Source: Naegleria gruberi
Taxonomy: Eukaryota
Reading direction: 5' to 3' (one strand)
Assembly (NCBI GenBank): GCA_000004985.1
Contig: GG738857.1
Length of the DNA stretch: 64,000 nt
How positions within the stretch are numbered: position 1 is the first letter of the stretch; each line of letters starts with the position of its first letter. Both the position numbers and the translations under genes were made by a program. Below are positions 11,872 to 23,023 of the stretch, piece after piece. Below the pieces are notes generated by a model, which made no database searches, had not been told where the DNA came from, and was given only the letters and a program-made list of their open reading frames with translations.

Positions 11872-12116
11872 ATAGTTGAAATTCCATTCACAAAAATCTT
11901 AATATTTATTAGTATGAGCGAAATATAACCTCAATATCATTATTACAATCTGATCTTTTTCGTTTATCAAAACTGTAGAAAGCTTTTTTTGAACTGTAGT
12001 CACTCTCGAATCGTGATTCATTGTAAAACTTGTCAAACTTACCGATCAGAATTCCGTATGACGTACGATTTCTCATTTCTCATCAGTTTATTCTGTTCCA
12101 TTAACACACAAAAAAA

Positions 12117-13901
12117 ATGTCATCATCAACTGTTCCTGTTCGTTCAGGTTCCCTCAACAAGAAGAAAGTTGTCATTTCCATTGATTTTGGTACATCAAGA
12201 ACTGGTTTCTGTTATTCACTCACCAATGATGTGAAAAAGACTCGAGTTAAGAATACCTCATGGAAAGATGCACCAAGTGGAGTTTCATTCCCAAAGACTC
12301 TCACTCAATTACTTTATGAAAAGAGTGATACAAGAAAACCTGTTGCTTGGGGTTACACTTCACTTGACATGTTGTCAAGAGAATTTGAAGATGAGAGTGA
12401 ATCTGATGAAGATGAAGAAGGTGGTGAAGAGATTCCAGCACAAAATAGCAAGTATTATCATTTCAAGACATTCAAAATGGGATTATTCAATAATCCATCT
12501 GGTATGGTGAAGGATACAACTGGTGTTTTTGAAAAGAATGTTGGTGAATTGATAGTTGACTATTTGAAATTATTATTCCATGATCAGATTAAGCCAACTG
12601 TTGAGAAATCATTGGGATCTAAATTGAATCTTGATGAAGTTACTTGGTGTTTAACAGTTCCAGCCATTTGGAAAGATGAACAAAAATCAGATATGAGATT
12701 AGCTGCTTACACTGCTGGTTTAACAAAGACACCTGAAGCATCTTCTGATGATTTTAAGATTATTCTTGAACCAGAAGGAGCTGCTGCTTATTGTATGGAA
12801 TATCAAGCTTCTAAAGGTAAACCATTGAGAGAGGGCGAATCATTCCTTGTTTGTGATCTTGGTGGTGGTACAGTTGACTTGACATGTCATAAATTTGAAA
12901 AGGCAAGATTGAGAGAATTAGCTGAAGGATCTGGTGATGCATGTGGTTCTACATATTTAGATGATGCTTTTATTATTTATTTGGAAGAATGTTTTGGTAA
13001 GAAATTTGTTGAAACCTTAAGGAAAAAGTATGGCCAAACTTATTTGGACATTTTAAAGATTTGGGAAAGAACAAAAGTTACAACAACAGATTTAACAAAA
13101 GATATTAATGTTGATATGCCTGGTCAATTAAGTAGTTTTTTAGAAAGTGCCAATGTTAAAAGTGATAAATTCAGAGCTAAAAGAGGTCAACTCAAAATTA
13201 CAAGTGAAGCTTTACAAACAATTTATCAAGATTCATTAGAAAAAACAAGAAATCTTGTTGAAAAGCAATTAGAAACAATCCAATCAGAGACTGGTAAAAT
13301 GGTTGATTATATTTTCATAGTTGGTGGTTTTGGTGCTTCCAAAGTAGTTCAAAACTTTCTAATTGACAATTTCTCTTCACAAGTTAAGGGAATTGTAATT
13401 CCAAATGAACCTGCTGAAGCTGTTGTTGATGGTGCTGCATTATTAGGTATTGATGATTCATTAATTTCAACACGTAGAATGAGAATGACTTATGGAGTTA
13501 AAGCTCAAAAAGGAAGTGAAGAAATATTCGATACTTTTGTAATTGCTAATCAAGAACTTGAAGTTGATCAAGGAATTTCAAGAGAATACAAAGTTCAAAG
13601 AGCTAATCAACAAGCTATGAAAATAATCATCTACAGCACTAAATTGAAATCAATTACAAAAGTTGACGAAACTAAATGTCATAAGATTGGTGAAATTCAA
13701 GTACATATGACAGATATGACAGGTGGCATGGATAGAATAGTGAAAGTTACAATGTATTTTGGTAGATCAGAAACTAGAGTTACTGCCATTGAAAAGAATA
13801 CTGGAATTGAGTATAGTGCATTAATTAAGTATGATGGTGAATTATTTTCACATGGTGAAAGTATTGCTGACACTCCACCAGTTCAACCTCACCATTTGTA
13901 A
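12117..13901 (+). CDS. HSPA12-like Hsp70-superfamily ATPase, paralog B (single exon)
   Basis: VISIDFGTSRTG, WCLTVPAIWKDEQKSDMRLAAYTAGL, ILEPEGAAAYC, FLVCDLGGGTVDLTCHKF, YIFIVGGFGASK and RMTYGVKA are colinear with the human HSPA12A motifs. The ATG has an aaaaaaaATG context. Confidence 0.8.
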   Translation: MSSSTVPVRSGSLNKKKVVISIDFGTSRTGFCYSLTNDVKKTRVKNTSWKDAPSGVSFPKTLTQLLYEKSDTRKPVAWGYTSLDMLSREFEDESESDEDEEGGEEIPAQNSKYYHFKTFKMGLFNNPSGMVKDTTGVFEKNVGELIVDYLKLLFHDQIKPTVEKSLGSKLNLDEVTWCLTVPAIWKDEQKSDMRLAAYTAGLTKTPEASSDDFKIILEPEGAAAYCMEYQASKGKPLREGESFLVCDLGGGTVDLTCHKFEKARLRELAEGSGDACGSTYLDDAFIIYLEECFGKKFVETLRKKYGQTYLDILKIWERTKVTTTDLTKDINVDMPGQLSSFLESANVKSDKFRAKRGQLKITSEALQTIYQDSLEKTRNLVEKQLETIQSETGKMVDYIFIVGGFGASKVVQNFLIDNFSSQVKGIVIPNEPAEAVVDGAALLGIDDSLISTRRMRMTYGVKAQKGSEEIFDTFVIANQELEVDQGISREYKVQRANQQAMKIIIYSTKLKSITKVDETKCHKIGEIQVHMTDMTGGMDRIVKVTMYFGRSETRVTAIEKNTGIEYSALIKYDGELFSHGESIADTPPVQPHHL

Positions 13902-13974
13902 GTATAGAATGTTATATTGAAGTTTACAATTTCTAACTGTTAAAAGAATTTTTGCAAATGATGTTTCAGGATCA

Positions 13975-14556
13975 ATGTGGGCAAGAGATGCTTTACCAAC
14001 AATGAGTTTACTTAAAGTAAGTATTCTTCCATGATGTTTTTTACTAATATTCAATTAGACCTCTCATAATAACAGAGTAGGAGCACTTTATGAAGCATGT
14101 TATGCCTTTTTAGAAACAAGAAAAGAAACTTCAGATATTTCATCGTGTATTCTTCATAATCATGATTCAATCATTATTTATGATAAAAAACCTGCAACTC
14201 CATCACTTGTTTCTGATTACATGATGAAATATAATGCCGACGGTGGCAACAACTTTTTAAAAGTATTCGAAACTGTCGAACAAGTTCTCAAATCGAGTAA
14301 TAACGAGGAATTCAAACCAATAGTTTTCTTTATGACAGATGGTGCTTGGCACGACGACGGAGCACCTGCCTACTTGGAAGGCTTAATGTTAAGATATCCA
14401 GATTTAACAGTTCATGTCATTAATTTGGGTAGTTCAATTAATTTTGAATTGATGAATAGAATTGCAAAGATTGGTAGAGGAACCATTTCAACATCTGGAA
14501 TGAGCGCTGTAGAATTGAAGAGTACCTATCTCAGCTTGCTTCCTTACTTGGATTAA
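13975..14556 (+). CDS. VWA-like (von Willebrand factor A) domain ORF. Exon 13975..14016, intron 14017..14058, exon 14059..14556. The 5' structure is uncertain and it may be an alternative C-terminal module of the upstream HSPA12-like gene
   Basis: SIIIYDKKPATPSLVSDYMMKYNADGGNNFLKVFETVEQVL...KPIVFFMTDGAWHDDGAP is a typical VWA beta4/MIDAS-Asp region (hydrophobic-TDG). The intron runs GTAAGT..AG and is phase-consistent. It lies only 73 bp after the HSPA12-B stop codon. No DxSxS MIDAS start was found. Confidence 0.45.
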
Positions 14557-14659
14557 TAATATTTCCCATAAAACATTCCCATGGTGGATATCCTTGTATT
14601 GTACAATATTATGAAACTAATAGTATTAATGAATAATTTAATAAAAAGTATTGGTAGTA

Positions 14660-16539
14660 CTACCAATTTGGTTGTGGATTTTTAGTTCTAGATTGATATT
14701 TTCTATCAAACATTTGATATAAATAACCTTCACACATTCCTTGTACTTTGTTGAAATGACATCTAACAAATGGATCAATTTTAGATGCTAAAATAGTTCT
14801 CTTAACATTTGGTCCTAAAATTGGTAATAAGAATTTCTTAAACCACCAATTACCACCTTTAGCATCTAATTGTAAATCAACCATTGTTGCCATAATATAT
14901 GGTGGAATATAAATTCTATAAACACGTGTTTGGAACTCTTCAAATGTTTTGTAATCAATTGTAGAAACATCTCTTCTTAAAATTTCATCTAAAATTAATT
15001 GACATTCTGTCATACATGTAACACCTTGTCCATAGACAGGATTTAATGATCCAACTATTTGCAATTAGTTAATGAATTAATCAATTAGTCAATTAGTAAA
15101 TGAATCAATCTTAATAAATCTTAATAAAATTGCTTACCTGAATCACCAAGTGCAAGGAAATTTTCAAGAACATGTTGATTTCCATTTTCATCCTTATATT
15201 GTGTAATCTTTTCCCAATGATTTAAAACAGTTCCATCCTTCTTATAATTTGACCAATCAATAACTGGACCTTGTTCTAAATCACAATGTTCAAAGAATAA
15301 TTTAGTCTTTTCTGAAATATCAGGTGAAACCTTACTTAAATAATCAATACAATCTTCATGATTCTTAATTTTAACACATTCTGGATTTTTACTACCAGTT
15401 TCACCAATAATAAACATTCCCTTATCTTGTGAAACTCTATAGTAAATCATACCACTTTTAGTTGGAAAACCAACATTACCAATATATGCCCAAACAGGTG
15501 TTTTACCATCTTTTTTAAAGAATCCATCTTGCATATTTGGATCTTTCAATTTGTAAATTGCTGAAGTGTAGGTTGTTGTGAGAATAATCTTACTCTTTTC
15601 CATTTCAAATTTTCTATTAGAATCTTTGGAAAATTCTTCTTCAACCCAAATTGGTGTTTGAGTTGTTAAACCTGAACAATCAATTACTAAATCTCCATAA
15701 ACTTGTTCACCTTCTTGTAATTTAACACCTTTAACACGATGAATAATTTTAGAATCTTGTGTTTGAACCTTTTCAAATATTAAACCACTAACTGTTTGAT
15801 CATCTCTGAATTGAATTTTACCCAATGGTGATGAATTTTCATCAATAGTACTACTATTATTACTACTATTATTACTATTACTATTATTATTGGTGTTGAC
15901 ATTAGTTGAAGTAGATGATTTTCCAATTAATGATGAAGAATTCTTATTAATATTCATAATTAAATCTCTAATATAAGATTCAATTTGATATCTTGTCATT
16001 TGATAACCAGGTGGACAAATAGTTTGACCTTCAATTAAACCACATAATTTATCAGATTTACCATCAATGGCAGCATAATCTGTATTTTCAATTAAAATTT
16101 TAAAAGCTCCCATCTTTTCAATTTCATTAATAAAATCAATATTTAAATAACCACCAAATAATTTCTTGAAAATTGTAATACATCTCAATAAAAAAATGTG
16201 AGTTTGAGTTCCTTGTGGAGCAGTTGACTATTACAATAATATTTAATATTAAATATTAAATTACAATATTTAACATACCTTGTTAGTTTCATATCTCTTC
16301 TTTTCAAATAAAATAACATTTTCAAAATGGAAACAAGCATTGAGTGCAGTTGTAATACCACCAATACTACCACCAATAATAATACATGTACCTTTCTTTT
16401 TCTTATCTGAAACTTGTCCAAGTTTAGAATTTTCCAATTTGACTTGAGCATCAAAGAATGGTTTAATATTATTTAACCAATAATAATAGGCATAACATGG
16501 AAGTGCAACTAGTGCAGACAATGCAAGATATCCTAACAT
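14660..16539 (-). CDS. Class A flavoprotein monooxygenase (FAD-dependent hydroxylase/epoxidase-like) with an N-terminal TM helix. Minus-strand exons 16539..16279, 16227..15138, 15054..14660
   Basis: It has an N-terminal hydrophobic helix and then a Rossmann GxGxxG (IIIGGSIGG). The spliced junction gives GDS|VGSLNPVYGQGVTCM, i.e. the GD...P..GQG FAD-binding fingerprint of class A monooxygenases. The introns are GTATGT..AG and GTAAGC..AG. There is an internal poly-Asn/Ser insert. Confidence 0.65.
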
Positions 16540-17180
16540 TTTGGACTATAGTATAGTTTAGGTGTTGAATTAATAATTATAAATATATTTGTATATTGGA
16601 GTGGTGTTATATGATGAAGTGGAGAAGAGTAATATGAATCAACCATTCGTTATATGGTTTAATAGTAATAGTTGTTGTTGTGATAATGATGAGAGGAATG
16701 GAGCGGCTATTAACACTTACTTTTTTTTCTATTCGAAAGATTTTAATTGATGCGTGCTGGAATGCTGTCATTCGATTGATTTGGAAAGCTACTTTGAAAG
16801 ATGGTAGTCAAAATACGGTATGAAACCTTCAACAGTTGATTATCAGATCTGATTACGAATTTTTCAAAAGGCTTTATGAAATTACTGTGAAATAATTGAT
16901 GAAAATATTATTTCTCAGAACTGGTAATTATTTGGTACCGAGTATTACGACATCTACTGTTACTTTACAGTTTTCCGATTTCAACAGCATCATCAAATGA
17001 GAAAAGCCTTATTCCTTGTTACTCCTTCATCAAACACAGATTGTGCTCACTATTAAAAATCAAATGCATTTTTTTAATAATCTAGATTATTGATAAGAAT
17101 TTTAGCAAACCAAAATGCAATCGAATTAAAATCTGCTCAAACAACTAGTTCTTTCGAATACGTTATTCATGATTGAAAAT

Positions 17181-17340
17181 GGATGTGTAGCTCAGTTGGA
17201 AGAGCAAGGAAAACTAGTCCAAGCTGTGTATCAAGTGAAGTGGATGGGAGATGGATGGGAATAAAACTTGATTAAAAAACAGCTAGACTCTGGGACAGAT
17301 CCCAGGCCCCTGGTCGCACGATCGAAACGTGTCACATCCA
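17181..17340 (+). ncRNA. tRNA-like RNA polymerase III gene of uncertain identity (possible intron-containing or degenerate tRNA, or a tRNA-derived element)
   Basis: The 5' end GGATGTGTAGCTCAGTTGGAAGAGCA is a canonical acceptor plus D-arm (A box). The 3' end GCACGATCGAAACGTGT-CACATCC gives a T-arm-like hairpin (B-box-like GATCGAAAC) and a strand complementary to the 5' acceptor. A T5 run follows at 17351-17355. Between the halves sits an insert of about 85 nt that forms a long hairpin (AGCTGT..ATCAAGT / ACTTGAT..ACAGCT). No canonical anticodon stem could be paired. Confidence 0.3.
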
Positions 17341-17413
17341 ATAATATTAATTTTTCATATAAATTGATTGGCAAACAAATATCAACTATGACTAAAATAG
17401 TTTATTTACAATT

Positions 17414-18790
17414 TTAGTAACTTTCTATTACACACGCTTTTAAAGATGAAATAATTATTTCAAATTGTTGTGAACAATTAATATTATGATTTCTTTCTTT
17501 GCAAAATTCAATTAATGGAATAAAATTAGCAAGAAAATGAGTTGTAAAAAGAGATCTCTCACCAATTTCAGTTTTAAATTCATTCTCCAAATTGCTAGAA
17601 TCACAGCAATCGTCACAAATATCAAATGAATCATAACCATCCACTGTTGATTGATAAAATCCTGAACATGTTTGATCACATATTTTACATGTCTTTGTTG
17701 ATTCAATTTTAAAAATATCAAAATTATTTCCATACTTTTGTTTCATGTTTGGAATCAAGTTACTTATTTCTGATGGTAAATGATTTAATAATTCAAAATA
17801 TTGTAAAAATTCAACAATACTTCTTCCTACACATGTCAATTTGTGATCATTTAGGTATGATTTGATTAACCATTTTAGTGATTCTTCCATATTTGGCAAT
17901 GTACCAACACCAACACAATACATGTAAGCTACTCCATATTGTGCAAAGCAATAGTTTTGTTTGGCTGATTTTAACAACCATTCAAGTCCAAGTTTTAAAT
18001 CTTTTTCATAATATTCACCAGAATAGTAATAAATACCAATCCAATATTGAGCTAAACAATTTCCATTTCCAGCAGATTTGAAATACCAATCTGTTGCTTT
18101 TTTGAACTCTTCATTAAGTCTATAATGTCTAGCGAGTTTATGTTGATATTTACTATTTCCTAATTCAGCTCCTTTTAAAAGCCATTTTTCTTTCATTTCT
18201 GATGAATTTTTGTTTAATTTTTTCATTTTCTTTATGGCAGGAAAATAATTTAATTCTGCTGATTTTTCCAAAAATGTAATATCCTTATTATATAAATAAA
18301 TTAAATAGTTAAAAATTGGATTATTGGTTTGTTTGGCACATTTTTTATAAACCTTGTTCAATTTAATTCTACTTTTAATATTTGGTAAATCAATTTCAAA
18401 TTTTTTTAATTGTTTAATAATTGAATTTGGAGAAATAATTAATTTTTCCAATACTTTTAAACTAAAATCACCACTTAAATATAATTTTTCCAATTTTGTA
18501 AATAATTTACAATTAAAAATAGTTTTTAACATTTCAGTATTTACATTATTAAAACTACATTTACAAATTTGTAATACTATTTGACTATTACAAAATTTTT
18601 CCATATCCGAAAGTGAAACAAAACGTGTAGAAACCATTTTCAATTTTAAATAGTAATAAATAGACATATCAGACCAATATTTACAAACAAGTCTATGAAC
18701 CAACCATTCATTTGGTAGATAACTTGAAATGTGTGCTAAAATCTCAGGTGGAATTTCATCATTGAAATTTCGTTTTGATAAATTAGACAT
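17414..18790 (-). CDS. F-box / Sel1-like repeat / ZZ-type zinc finger protein
   Basis: The N-terminal IPPEILAHISSYLPNEWL is an F-box. The middle has Sel1/TPR-like repeats (AQYWIGIYYYSGEYYEKDLKLGLEWLLKSA; AQYGVAYMYCVGVG). The C-terminal Cys cluster CKICDQTCSGFYQSTVDGYDSFDICDDCC is ZZ-like. It is a single exon with an aaaaaaaATG start. Confidence 0.7.
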   Translation of the reverse strand: MSNLSKRNFNDEIPPEILAHISSYLPNEWLVHRLVCKYWSDMSIYYYLKLKMVSTRFVSLSDMEKFCNSQIVLQICKCSFNNVNTEMLKTIFNCKLFTKLEKLYLSGDFSLKVLEKLIISPNSIIKQLKKFEIDLPNIKSRIKLNKVYKKCAKQTNNPIFNYLIYLYNKDITFLEKSAELNYFPAIKKMKKLNKNSSEMKEKWLLKGAELGNSKYQHKLARHYRLNEEFKKATDWYFKSAGNGNCLAQYWIGIYYYSGEYYEKDLKLGLEWLLKSAKQNYCFAQYGVAYMYCVGVGTLPNMEESLKWLIKSYLNDHKLTCVGRSIVEFLQYFELLNHLPSEISNLIPNMKQKYGNNFDIFKIESTKTCKICDQTCSGFYQSTVDGYDSFDICDDCCDSSNLENEFKTEIGERSLFTTHFLANFIPLIEFCKERNHNINCSQQFEIIISSLKACVIESY

Positions 18791-19212
18791 TTTTTTTAAA
18801 GTTGATCAAAACTCCACAATTTCTAATTCTATTAATAAAAGTGCAAAATCACCATCACGTTTATCACGTTTTGTCAAGTTAGAAAGTTCCAACTCAATTT
18901 TATTTAAATAAAATTTCATTGTTTTTGAATATTACTTAATCATTGAGAGTTGATGAAACCAGGCTTCAATACATGTCTTAATGAGCCTTCCGAGTTCTCG
19001 CATTGGATTAAAAAAATTGTTTAATATTCTTTACAATCCATTCAACAATGAAGGCTTGATTGAAAGGCTTTCATGAATTAGAACTCATGAACTTGATATT
19101 AATATCATTAGAAAAAATATCTTTTCATCATCAACTACCACTCTCTTGTAGAAATATTCATCATCCGATCACATCAAAGTAGTACTGATAGAAACAATTT
19201 GCTATTTTGTTC

Positions 19213-20668
19213 ATGGGTAATAAATCTTTTAAACAAGCGAACAACAAATCAATTTCATCAACAAGTTTATCATCACAACCCAATTCCAATTTTAATAACA
19301 ATAACAACAACAATAATAACATGTATCAAAGAAATACTCATCATCTTAGAACTGGTGGGAAGAGTGTAGTTTTTGGTTGCGGATATAATTCAGCATCATT
19401 ACTCGGAGTATCACACTCTGATGTTGAAGATAATGGAGTTCATGGATCAAATTCCTTTTCTCAAGATGTAACACAATTTGTTTTCTTATCAACATTACAA
19501 GAATTATTGAATAATGATTCTCCTGGACAACATGTTTGTCAAATTGTTGTTCAATTTTCCAAAACCTACTTTTTAACATCTCATGGTCATGTCTATACTT
19601 CATTTCCATTAGCAAGAGATGTTCAATTTGATAGTATTTTACCTGATCGTGTTGTGGAAATGAGATCAGGACAGAATAGAACATTATTTAGAACTGAATT
19701 TGGTCAAATTTATGTAAAAGCAGATGGTCCACTCTCTAAAATTACTGGAGTTACTAATACACAAGTAAATAATGTAAAATTATTTGGAGTTGGTGGTTTA
19801 CATTACTGGTTATTAGATGATGAAACTAATCGTTTATATGGTGAAGGAGAAATTAATGGAGCTAGTGTTGAAAAAGTTATAGAATTGAATGATTATTTAC
19901 AGAAAGATGAAAAAGTTAGAGATATTGTTACAGGTGGTAATTCGTATGTTTTTTTTATTTCATTTTATAGTAACAATTATATATAACATTGTTTAAATAA
20001 TGATGAATTGAAATTTGAAATTTGATAATAGATTTGTTTTAATAACAAATAAGAATAATATTTATGTATATGGAGAGAAGGAAGCTTTTGGATCAACAGT
20101 TGATGAACATTATTCTAAACCAACAAGATTAAGACAATTTGATGGAATGGTAAAATCAGTTGTTTGTGGATGGTATTTTACAATTATTTTAACATTTAAT
20201 GGACAATTATGGATGGCAGGTAGAAATACATATCAACAACTTTCATCTAAAAATCTATCATCTCATGATAATGTTGTTCAATGGTTTATAGATGATTCAT
20301 TAGTATTAAATCCAAATGAAGAAATTGATCAAATTGGATCTGGATCAGATCACGTTTTAATATCAACAACAATTGGAAGAATTTTCACAAGAGGAATGAA
20401 TACATATGGTCAACTTGGTAGAGATAATAGAACTCAATCTGGAGTATTTATGGAACCAAGTTTTAAAAATCAAAATTACAAGGAAATTATTTCTAAATTT
20501 GTTGGACCAAAATTTTCAATTTCATTTGCAGATAATAATTTTAATACTTTAAGTTCCTTTTTAATTATTCATTCAGTTAGAGAATCAAAGGAACTTATTC
20601 AAATGAGATCAAAACTTTTAAATTGTTCAAAACAATCTTTATTATCAGATTTAGTAATTTTACATTAA
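19213..20668 (+). CDS. RCC1-repeat (regulator of chromosome condensation-like) protein. Exon 19213..19943, intron 19944..20031, exon 20032..20668
   Basis: It has repeated G.N.YGQLG-type blades (RGMNTYGQLGRDN; MAGRNTYQQL; VVFGCGYNSASLLGV). The GTATGT..AG intron joins ..VTGGNS|FVLITNKNNIYVYG in phase. Confidence 0.7.
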
Positions 20669-21247
20669 AACATTTTAATTTATTATTTAATATATTATTT
20701 TGATGATTGTAAAGTTAAAATGATGATCATGTGAGGATTAGTTATTATTGATTCAAGTCATTAGAGATAGATGAATAATAATTGATGAAATTTGAATGAA
20801 AATTTATTGTTTTTAGAATGTACTGTCAACATAATTTTTCCATAAAAGTAACAATTGTGAATCTTCGTAATGTTAAATATCAAAAATCAAAAACTGATTG
20901 ACGTTGTGTAAAACCAAACGTCATCAAAAATCGACTCGTCATTAAAAAAAATATCTGAACAGCTCTTAACAATAACAATCATCATCACCTGTTTCTGATA
21001 ATAAAATTATTATTATTTGATTATTATCGGTTTCTAATAACAATAGAGGTTAAGTGGCAGTAGAGTAATATAGAAGTTTTTTATAGAAGGAGTAGAAACA
21101 AATCATCATCATCATCATCTCTCTCCAGTTACTCACTCCATAACTATATTGTTATCATCATCAATATCATCAATTTATTATTATTATTAATAATATTAAA
21201 TAGTGTACATATTACAATAATAATAATAATAATATTAAAAAATTAGA

Positions 21248-22992
21248 ATGTCAGGTTTTTCATCACAATCTATTCAAGCATCACTTGTTAGACCATCCAA
21301 ATATAGACATTTAAATGGATTTGAAACTAAAAGTGAGAGATATGAAAATATTAATGTTGGTTATGGTCAAAAATTAAGTAATACATTAAAAACCAATGGT
21401 TCAATCTATGCATTACCATTTAATGTAACAGGTGGTACTTTATCATTTAAATATTTAAATGATTATGGTAGATGGGATGAAAAATTACAAAATTATGGAA
21501 TTATTAAGGCTCACAAGGGAAGATTATCAGATTTTGATATTTCCCCTTTTAGAAATAGAGATCATTTAGTAACTGTTTCTAATTCTGATAATATTATTAG
21601 ATATTGGAAATTACCTACAAATAATAATGATAATGATAATAATAGCAATGATATTTCTTCTTCTAATATTACTTCTACTAATACTTCCAATATAAATGGT
21701 AATAATACTATATATAGAACCTATGAAGAAATGGATTGTGATTTGGAATTAAATGATACAAATAATACAAAATCAACTATTAGTAGAATATCATTTAATC
21801 CACTTGTTGATAATTCACTTGTTAGTATTCAAGGAGATTTAATCCATTTTTGGGATGTTGAAAAAAAGAAAATTTTAAATTCAATTCAAAATTTACCAAA
21901 TCCATCAATTTCTAGTAAAACATTACCAACAGTTGAAAGTTTAGGATGGAATGAATATGGTAATTTATTTATATGTGGTACAAATGATCGTTCCATTAGA
22001 ATTTATGATATTAGATTATCTTCCAATTATAGTAATAATAATAATAATAATAATAATCAATCTAATAATCAACAAATATGTATAACTGAAGGACATTCAA
22101 GTATGAAACCATTTCAAACATTATATTGTGAAAATATGTATATATGTAGTGTTGGATTTTCTAAAAATGGAGGTAGAGAATTAGCCATGTATGATATTAG
22201 AAAAGATTTGAAATGTTTACAAAGAATTTCCATTGATAATGGTGGTTCAGTTTTAACACCATTTTATGATTCAGATATTAAATTACTATATTTAGTAGGT
22301 AGAGGAGATGGTAATATTAGATTTTATGAATTAGAAGGTGGTATTATGCATTATTTAAATGATTATAATTGTCAATCTACATCTGCATCTGTTGATTGGT
22401 TACCAAAATGGAAATTAAATGTTAATAATTTTGAATTGGCTAAATTTTTAAGATTAACAAATGAAAAAACAATTGAAACTCTTTCAATGAGAGTTTCTAG
22501 AAAATCAAATATTGAACAATATTTTCAAGAAGATATATTTCCAGATACTTGGAATGGTCAACCTATTTATAATAATACTAATCAATGGTTAAATACTATT
22601 ATTAATAATAATACTACTTCTATTAATAATAATACTATACAAAGTAATATTAATAATAGTAATGGTAATGGTAATGAAAATTTGAATGAAAATGAATTAT
22701 TACAAACTAGACCAACCATGTCATTAAAACCATCTGATAAAATATCTATCTATGATGTACCTATTAGTGAAGGTGGTAAAATTAGACCATCCACTACTAA
22801 TTTAAGTAAATTACATTCATCATCATCTTTAAATAGTATTGAAAATACTCCAACTACTACATTAGATACCCCAACTACTATTACAAATTATAATACAAAT
22901 GAACAAGTTGATGATGAATTTAAAGATTTAAATGAAAATCAACAATTTGATGACAATGAAGAAGAAGAAGAAGAATTAATTACCATTAATAC

Positions 22993-23023
<31 letters not shown>

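Noticed and set aside
13896-13975. Using the GTAAGT that overlaps the HSPA12-B stop codon as a donor to fuse B directly to the VWA exons
   Set aside because: That donor leaves 2 nt (TT), while the downstream exon needs 1 carried nt to stay open. The in-phase alternative requires a weak GTATTG donor, so I left this as an open question rather than a call.
17181-17340. Reading the tRNA-like element as an amber-suppressor tRNA (CUA at nominal positions 34-36)
   Set aside because: The nominal anticodon stem (AGGAA) has no complementary strand anywhere in the 3' half, and position 33 is not U, so the anticodon assignment is not meaningful.
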